DNA of 32,822 nt from Aeromicrobium sp. (lineage in GTDB: Bacteria; Actinomycetota; Actinomycetes; Propionibacteriales; Nocardioidaceae): the NCBI GenBank assembly GCA_035250065.1, contig DATFFJ010000117.1, positions 1 to 32,822 on the forward strand, read 5' to 3'. Shown here piece after piece: positions 1-7,500 of this stretch (position 1 is its first letter; the number at the start of each line of letters is the position of its first letter). Under the pieces are notes generated by a model. That model was given only the letters and a program-made list of their open reading frames with translations, did no database searches and was not told where the DNA came from. The position numbers were made by a program, and so were the translations under genes.

Positions 1-247
1 TGGGAGCCGCGGATGCGGGACGTGCTGCGGGCGCTTCGCTCGCTTCCGCGGCTTCGCCGCCAGCGCGCTCAGCCTGCGGCTGCACGCCCGCACCATTGGG
101 CTTGGCGTCCCCAGCCTGCGGCTTGTCAAAGAAGGCCCGCCAGGTTGGGTCCACCGAACCCGGATCGGACTTGTAACGGTCGTACATCTCCTCGACCAGC
201 CACTGGTTCGTTCCGAAGTCAGGGCCGGAGGGATCCGATGGGGCCAC
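1..247 (-). CDS. kgd: Multifunctional 2-oxoglutarate decarboxylase/dehydrogenase Kgd, N-terminal part (runs off window start)
   Basis: Not in the ORF track. Manual translation from GTG at 247 gives [40 protein letters not shown]..., the typical Kgd/OdhA N-terminus, followed by an Ala/Pro-rich linker. GGAAGAGG RBS upstream and a TAGGCT -10-like hexamer at 298..293. Confidence 0.9.
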   Translation of the reverse strand, partial: MAPSDPSGPDFGTNQWLVEEMYDRYKSDPGSVDPTWRAFFDKPQAGDAKPNGAGVQPQAERAGGEAAEASEAPAARPASAAP

Positions 248-331
248 GGGCTCGATCGCCTCTTCCGTGTCAGGCGCCAATTACCGTCCCTCAGCCTAAC
301 GCGTGTCCCACGCGTCGACGCCGCCGATGCG

Positions 332-1402
332 CTATTTGTGGGCGACCGAGCCGTGGGCGTGAAGCGTCAGTTCAACCGGACGCTCCACGAACGCACCAAA
401 CCGGCCGGACTCGGCCTCGATCGCCGCACTGACCGCGCGCGGCACGGGCGTCGTCGGTGCGACGTCGACAGCCACGTGCTTCGCGTTGATCGACCGGGTC
501 CAGGAGCCGTTGAGGGCGCCGTCAACGAAGAGCAGGCCGGTGGTCCGCATGATCATGCCGACCTCGCCGCCGACCAAGCTGAAGTCGTCGGCGTCGCGGG
601 CGTACGAGATGAACTCGTCGAACGCCGGGAGGAGGAGCGCTCGCGGAACGCTGACGTCCTCCAGCGGCTCCGTCAGGTAGTGAGTCTCGCTGGCCAACTC
701 GACCGGCTGGAGCTCCGCCAGCGCGATGGCCCGGCGTGCCTGGCTGAGCGTGAGGGTCGCCCACCAGGCGAGATCCTTATCGCGGAAAGGTCCGTGGCCC
801 CGGCCGTACGTCCGGGCCAGCCAGCCGAGCCGCTCGTCAGGTGTGCGGGTCGACGGTGGCAGATCGGCAGCCACGTACGTCTGCTGCTTCCCGCGTACGG
901 GCCCGCTGTGGATCTCGCCGGTGAGCTCGGCCTCGATCATCACGTGGGAGAGGGAGCTTCCGACGCGGACGAAGCCGGCTTCTGCGATGAGATGCTCCTC
1001 CACCTCTGCCCGGGTTACCGGCCCGTGCTCCCGGATTGCGTCGATCGCCGCCTGAGCCCATCGCTGGATGCGCTTGGGCGTCAGCCCATCACGACGGCTG
1101 TGAGTCGCCGCCGCCTGCCGGATGCGGGGAGCGGTCAGCTCGAGCAGGTCCCGGAGGTCGCCGGGCAGGACGTCGTGCCACGTCGGTCGCAAGACATGTG
1201 TCCGAATGAACTCTCGCCGTGCGAAGGACTCCTCGACCTCCGCCAACGTCGCCCCGCAGCGCCGACCGATGGCCCATAGCGCCATCTCGGGCATCTGCGA
1301 CTGGACGGCGCCGAGGTGCCCCACGACCGCGGCGGGCGAGTCGAGCGGCTCCCCGACCAGGCGTTGGGCGCGGAGCCGATGTGGGGCCAAACTCGACTTC
1401 AC
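332..1402 (-). CDS. HTH_42 winged-helix AlkZ/YcaQ-family DNA glycosylase (AlkZ-like, QxQ motif)
   Basis: Motifs RLRAQRL, HLGAVQSQ (QxQ), RTHVLRPTWH, YGRGHGP...DLAWWATL, LLPAFDEF. Start moved from 1468 to GTG 1402, which has CACGAT 7 nt upstream. Confidence 0.82.
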   Translation of the reverse strand: MKSSLAPHRLRAQRLVGEPLDSPAAVVGHLGAVQSQMPEMALWAIGRRCGATLAEVEESFARREFIRTHVLRPTWHDVLPGDLRDLLELTAPRIRQAAATHSRRDGLTPKRIQRWAQAAIDAIREHGPVTRAEVEEHLIAEAGFVRVGSSLSHVMIEAELTGEIHSGPVRGKQQTYVAADLPPSTRTPDERLGWLARTYGRGHGPFRDKDLAWWATLTLSQARRAIALAELQPVELASETHYLTEPLEDVSVPRALLLPAFDEFISYARDADDFSLVGGEVGMIMRTTGLLFVDGALNGSWTRSINAKHVAVDVAPTTPVPRAVSAAIEAESGRFGAFVERPVELTLHAHGSVAHK

Positions 1403-1432
1403 GTCCGTGATCGTGCCATGCACGAGGTCGCA

Positions 1433-1448
1433 CGTGATCTTCGTCTCA
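1433..1448. promoter_or_regulatory. Putative CRP/GlxR-type site CGTGA-TCTTCG-TCTCA
   Basis: Two mismatches to TGTGA-N6-TCACA. Centred at -71.5 relative to the proposed fas start at 1512. Confidence 0.35.
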
Positions 1449-1452
1449 AAAC

Positions 1453-1468
1453 ATGAGCAAAACCTCAT
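1453..1468. promoter_or_regulatory. Putative FasR operator copy 1: ATGAG-CAAAAC-CTCAT
   Basis: Perfect 5-6-5 palindrome preceded by AAAAC. The same motif recurs at 1476, 11484 and 11514. Confidence 0.75.
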
Positions 1469-1475
1469 CTAATAC

Positions 1476-1491
1476 TTGAGGAACCCCTCAT
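1476..1491. promoter_or_regulatory. Putative FasR operator copy 2: TTGAG-GAACCC-CTCAT
   Basis: One mismatch to the palindrome, followed by CTTTT. Overlaps the predicted -35 box. Confidence 0.7.
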
Positions 1492-1504
1492 CTTTTGTCA
1501 CCAT
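1476..1504 (+). promoter_or_regulatory. Predicted sigma-A-type promoter of fas (TTGAGG-17 nt-CACCAT)
   Basis: -35 TTGAGG at 1476-1481, 17-nt spacer, -10 CACCAT at 1499-1504, 7 nt before the in-frame GTG at 1512. Confidence 0.5.
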
Positions 1505-1511
1505 GGTTCAC

Positions 1512-4500
1512 GTGACTCTTACGCCCCCGCACCCGCCCGCTTCGCCGACTGCTTCCGCGCGTACCGCGCTGGGGGCTGGGGGTACCTCCCGCTTGCGGGG
1601 GACTCCCGCTGGCATGCTGGCTGCGGCCAGCGGGGGACGGCTGCTGGACCGGCTGGCCGCCGGCACCCCCTTCGGCATCGTGTTCGGCGGGCAAGGAGAG
1701 GCTGCCTGGCTCGAGCATCTCGCCGACGTGCTGCGGCGGCATGACGTTGAGCTCTCCGCGCTGCTGGCCGCAGTCGAGGAGCAGCTCGCGCCGGTCGCCG
1801 ACGAATTGCGTCGGACCGGCACGAGCTTCGAACCGTTGGTGTGGGCCGACCGCATTGCCGCGGGGGAGTCGGCGGTCGATGATGACTGGCCGGCACCGCC
1901 GTCGGCCGATGACCTGTTGATGCCGTCGGTCGCCATCCCCGGCGTCACCCTTTCCCAGATCGCAGGGTTGCGTGCCCTGCTGGGTCTCGGCCTCGACCCG
2001 GCAGGTGCAGTCGCCGTGGCCGGTCACTCGCAGGGCGTTCTGGCCGCCGCCGCGGTCGAAGACCTGCCCGATGTCGAGGTCATGGCCATTGCCAGGTTGG
2101 CCGGCGTTGCGGTCGAGCAGGTTGCCCGCCGCGAAGGTTTGCTCGGCGCGACCATGCTCAACGTCACCGGCCCGACCACGGACGAGATCGCGGCCCTGCT
2201 GCGGGACCTCCCCGATTCAGCGCGCGTCGTCGCCCGTGTCCGCAACGGACGGCGATCGACCGTCCTCAGCGGCCCGGCCGACGGCATCGCCCGCGCGGCC
2301 GAGCTCTTCGGCGACTCGGCCACGACCGAGCCGGTCGCCGCGCGAGCTGCCTTTCACCACCCGGACCTCGAGCCCGCGGCCGAGCTGGTGGCCGCGTGGG
2401 CAGAGCAGTGCGGCCTCGATCCGGTGCGCGCCGCTGACCTCACCCGAGCCGCGATCATCGCGCCGGTCGACTGGGTCGACTCCGTCGAAGAGCTCGTCCA
2501 AGCCGGCGCGCGCTGGCTGGTCGACCTCGGCCCCGGCGATCTCGCCACCCGCCTTTCGGTTCCCGAGGCCACCGCGTTCGGCCTGGGCGTCGTGGCGCCG
2601 ACCACCCGCCGCGGCTTCCGCGACCTGACCGTCGTCGGCGATGGTCCGCGTCCGCGTCCGGCGTGGAGCTCGTTCCAGCCGTCCGTCGTCACCCTCCCGG
2701 ACGGCTCGATGCGGGCGGAGACGAAGTTCACCCGGCTCACCGGCCGCTCGCCGATCCTGCTGGCCGGCATGACACCCACCACGGTGGATCCGGCGATCGT
2801 CGCGGCGGCAGCCAACGCCGGGTTCTGGGCCGAGCTTGCCGGCGGCGGCCAGGTCACCGAGCCGATCTTTGCGGCCAACGTCGAGCGGTTGGATGCGCTC
2901 CTCGACGACGGCCGCACCTATGCCTTCAACTCCCTCTTCCTTGACCCCTACCTGTGGCGCCTGCAGATCGGCGGGCGCAAGCTCGTCCAGCGCGCCCGCG
3001 CCGCCGGCTCGGCCGTGGACGCGGTCGTCGTCACGGCCGGCATTCCGGATCTCGACGATGCCGTGGCTCTGATCGAGGAGTTGCATGCCGCAGGCATCGA
3101 GCACGTCGTGTTCAAGCCGGGCACGGCCGAGCAGATTCGACAGGTGCTCGCGATCGCTGACGCCGTCGCTCCAACGGACGTCATCGTGCAGATTGAGGGC
3201 GGCAAGGCTGGCGGGCACCACTCCGACGAGGACCTCGACCAGTTGCTCATCGACACCTACGCAAAGCTCCGTCAGCGCGACAACGTCGTCGTGTGCGTCG
3301 GCGGCGGAATCGGCACGCCCGAGGATGCCGTCCGCTACCTCACCGGCTCCTGGTCGGTTGACTTGAGCTTCCCCGCCATGCCGCTCGACGGCGTGCTCGT
3401 CGGCACCGCCGCGATGGCAACCCTGGAGGCGACGACGTCGCCGGCGGTCAAGCAACTGCTGGTCGAGACCACGTCCGACCAGGTCGTCTCCGGCCGTAGC
3501 CAGCTCGGCGCGGCCATCCACGAGATCGACAACGCGGCGTCCCGCACCGGACGCCTGCTCGACGAGGTGGCCGGCGACGCGGACGCGGTTGCCAGCCGAC
3601 GCGACGAGATCATCGCGGCGATCGACCGCACGGCGAAGCCCTACTTCGGAGACGTCGCGGCCATGACGTACGGCCAGCTGCTGGATCGTTTTGCTGCCTT
3701 GGCATGCCCTGACGCCTGGCTTGACGTCACCCTGCGCGATCGCTTCCACGAGCTGGCCCAGCGCGCCGAGGCCCGTCTCCATCCGGCCGACGAAGGGCCC
3801 ATCCCGACGCTGTTCGAGAGCGCCGACGACGTCGACCATCCCGCGGCGGCGCTCACCCACCTCCGCGCAGCCCATCCGTCGGTGGACGACGTGATCCTGC
3901 ACCCCGTCGACGTCCATTTCTTCATCGAGGTGTGCCGACGCCCAGGCAAGCCTGTGCCGTTCGTACCGGTCATCGACGCCGACGTGCGCTGGTGGTGGCG
4001 GAGCGACTCGCTCTGGCAGGCGCACGACCCGCGCTTCGACGCCGACGCGGTCTGCGTCATCCCCGGCCCGGCCGCCGTGGACGGCATCATTCAGGCCGAC
4101 GAGCCGGTCGCGGATCTTCTTCGCCGCTTCGAGTCGGCGGTCGTGGACGCCGTCGAAGGACCATCCACCGGCGTGGACGGGCTGCGCCGCTCCGACGGCC
4201 TGGTCGGCCCGGTGTCGCTGGCATTGGCAGCGCCTGACGTCGACTGGGATGGCCGCATCGTCCGCAATCCGGTCACCGCGCTTGGCGTTGATTGGGTTGT
4301 CGTCAATCCGGAGCGGGTGGAGCATCCAGAGACCGGTGCGAGCCTCGTGGCGCTGAGCGACACGACGGCGGGGCTTGCCGTTCCGGTCGGCGCTTCGACG
4401 TTGCGGTTCACGCTGCGGGTCGATGCCGCAGTCGCGGCCGGAGCTGCCCCGGTGATCGAGGACGCCGACGTCACGCTCGGTGCACTGCTCGCATCGATGG

Positions 4501-7500
4501 CCGGACCGGTCTCGGCGGACGGGACCGTGCCCTGGAGTCCTGACCTCATCGCCGACCACGCCGCGGTGACAGCCGTCGAGAGCTTCCGCGCCCTCGCCGT
4601 CCCCGACGTGCTCGTCGGGCTGACCTGGCCGGCCGTGTTCGCGGCCTTGGGGGAGCGGCCCGACGTGGTCAGCGGCATCCTCGACCTCGTTCACCTCGAC
4701 CACAGCATCAGCGGACGCGTTCCCGACAACGCCGCGGACCTGGACATCGCCGCGCACGTGCGCGATGTGGCCGACACCGAGTTTGGGCGGGTCGTCACGG
4801 TCGACGTGACCGTGGCCGATGGCGAGACCGTCGTCGCAACCTTGGTCGAGCGATTCGCCCTGCGCGGACGTCCCGGCGACGCCGAACTGGCTGCCCCGGT
4901 GGTGGCCGGAGGCAGCGCAGCGGGTGTTCAGGACACGCCACGGCGTCGCCGTGCCCGCAAGACCGTCGTGGCACCGACGGACCTCAGGCCCTTTGCCGAC
5001 GTCTCAGGCGACCACAACCCCATCCACACCAGCATGGCCGCCGCTCGAATCGCCGGGCTGGGCGGACCGATCGTGCACGGCATGTGGCTGTCCGCTGTCG
5101 CCCAACGCGCCGTCTCCGAGGAGTCGGGCCGCACATTGACCGGCTGGACGGCGCGCTTCCTTGCCCCCGTCCGTCCGGGTGACACCGTCGAGATCACCGC
5201 GGACCGGATCAGCATCGTCGACGGCGACGAGGTCGTCGACGTGGCGGCTCGAGTCGACGGCGAAGTCGTCCTGACTGCCACCGGCCGGCTCGCGGCACCC
5301 CGCACGGCCTATGTCTTCCCCGGCCAGGGCATCCAGAGCCGTGGCATGGGCATGGAGGCCTACGCCCGCAGCCGCGCTGCCCGCGAGATCTGGGATCGGG
5401 CTGATACGCACACCCGCGAGCACCTGGGCTTCTCGATCCTCGAAGTGGTCCGTGACAACCCGACCGCGCTTCGGGTGCGGTCCGGCGACGGCCAGGCGCA
5501 CACGTTCCGTCACCCCGACGGCGTGCTCTTCCTGACCCAGTTCACCCAGGTCGCCATGGCCGTCCTGGCATCGGCCCAGGTGGCCGAGCTGCGCGAATCG
5601 GGGGTCTTTGTCGAAGGCGCGCTGACCGCCGGGCACTCGGTCGGCGAGTACAACGCCCTTGCTGCCGTGACGGGCACACTCACCCTTGAAGCCGTCGTCG
5701 AGGTGGTCTACCAACGGGGCACCGTCATGCACGAGCTCGTTCCCCGCGACGCCGAGGGCCGCAGCGACTACCGGCTTGCCGCCATTCGGCCGTCGCAGAT
5801 CGGACTGGATGACGACGACGTCCGGGACTTCGTCGCCTCCATCGCGTTCGAGACCGGCGAGTTCCTCGAGATCGCCAACGAGAACCTGCGCGGCTCGCAG
5901 TACGTCGTCGCCGGAACCGTCCGCGGGTGTGAAGCACTCGAGGCCGAAGTCGAGCGGCGCCGAGTCGAGGCTGGTGGCCGCGGAGCCTTCGTCCTCGTCC
6001 CCGGCATCGACGTGCCATTCCACTCACGCGTCCTGCGCGGCGGCGTGGATTCGTTCCGGGCCCGGCTCGACGAGCTCCTGCCACCCGCGATCGATCCCGA
6101 GATCCTGGTGGGTCGGTATGTCCCGAACCTGGTGGCGCGCACCTTCTCCCTCGACGACGACTTCCTGCGCTCCATCCTGGACGTCGTACCGGCCGAGCGG
6201 ATCGAAGCGGTTCTCGCCGACCGGGCTGCGTGGATCGGCCGCGAGGGCGAGCTCTGCCGGCTCGTGCTCGTGGAACTGCTGGCCTGGCAGTTCGCCAGCC
6301 CAGTGCGCTGGATCGAGACCCAGGACCTGTTCTTCGCCTCACCGGCCGACAGCATCAACGGCGAGGCTGGCTTGGGCGTTGAGCGTGTTGTTGAGGTCGG
6401 CGTGGGCTCCGCACCGACCTTGGCCAACATCGCGTCCCAGACGGTCAAGCTGCCGCGCGTCGCACGCCGGCTCGCCGGGCCGGTTGAGGTACTCAACGTC
6501 GAGCGTGATTCGGCTGCGGTGTTCGGAACCGACGAGGATCTTCCGGTTGACGCTGATGAACCCGACACTGACGAGGCGCAGGCCGACACCGCTCCGGAGC
6601 CAGCCGCGCCCGCCACGCGCGCAACCGACAACGTCGAGCCTGTCGCTGACCTTTCCTTCAGCGCCGGGGACGCGGCGCGGCTGCTGATCGCCTGGTGGAC
6701 GAAGGTGCGCCCCGATCAGCTGGGCGCGGCAGATTCCATCGAGTCGCTGTGCGACGGAGCCTCTTCGCGGCGCAATCAGCTCCTGGTGGATCTCGGCGCC
6801 GAGCTGTCGCTCGGCGCGATCGACGGCGCTGCCGAAGCAGACCTGCCAACCCTCACCCAGACCGTCACCGGCCTGGCTCGGGGCTACCGTCCGCTGGGCC
6901 CCGTGCTCTCGGCCACGCTGGCCGACCACCTCAAGGACGTGCTCGGCCCGGCAGGCGTCCGGTCGGCTGCGATCTCCGATCGAGTGGCCAACCACTGGTC
7001 GCTCGGTCCCGGCTGGGCCACGCATGTGCTCACCCGATTCGCTCTGGCGACGCGCGATGGCGCGAGCACCCGGGGCGACTCCCTGCGCACGGCCGAACCG
7101 CCAACCTCGGCGGGCGACGTGGACGCACTCGTCGACGGCGTGGTGCTGAGCCTCGCCGCCGAGCGCGGCGTCACCGTCGAACCGGCGGGTTCCGGCGAGG
7201 CGCTCGCCGTTGACGCCGAAGCGTTGGCCGCCGTGACCGGCGACATCACCGGCGCCCTGGTGGCCTCGGCCCGCGAGCTGCTGGAACGCCTCGGCGAGGA
7301 AACCGCGCCCGTTACGGCAGGCTCTACGGACGACGACGCTGCCGAGATTCTCGCCCGGGTCGAAGCCGAGCTGGGGCGTGATTGGGTCAAGGCCACGGCG
7401 CCGGCATTCGACACGCAGCGCGCCGTCCTGCTGGACGACCGCTGGGCCAGCGTCCGGGAGGACGTCGTCCGGATCGCCTCGGGTCAGGAAGTCGAGGCAG

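Noticed and set aside
13-432. 139-aa + strand ORF at the window start
   Set aside because: Arg/Pro-rich shadow of the kgd 5' end on the minus strand.
3984-4010. VRWWWRSDS in fas where VRRWWRSDS is what I recall as usual
   Set aside because: A single substitution in an intact frame with catalytic motifs preserved, so not evidence of pseudogenisation.
2217-4757. 846-aa antisense ORF inside fas, and similar long shadow ORFs opposite the carboxyltransferase, hom, thrC/thrB, rho and wecA
   Set aside because: These are antisense frames expected from high third-position GC. They have no recognisable motifs and fully overlap well-supported genes.
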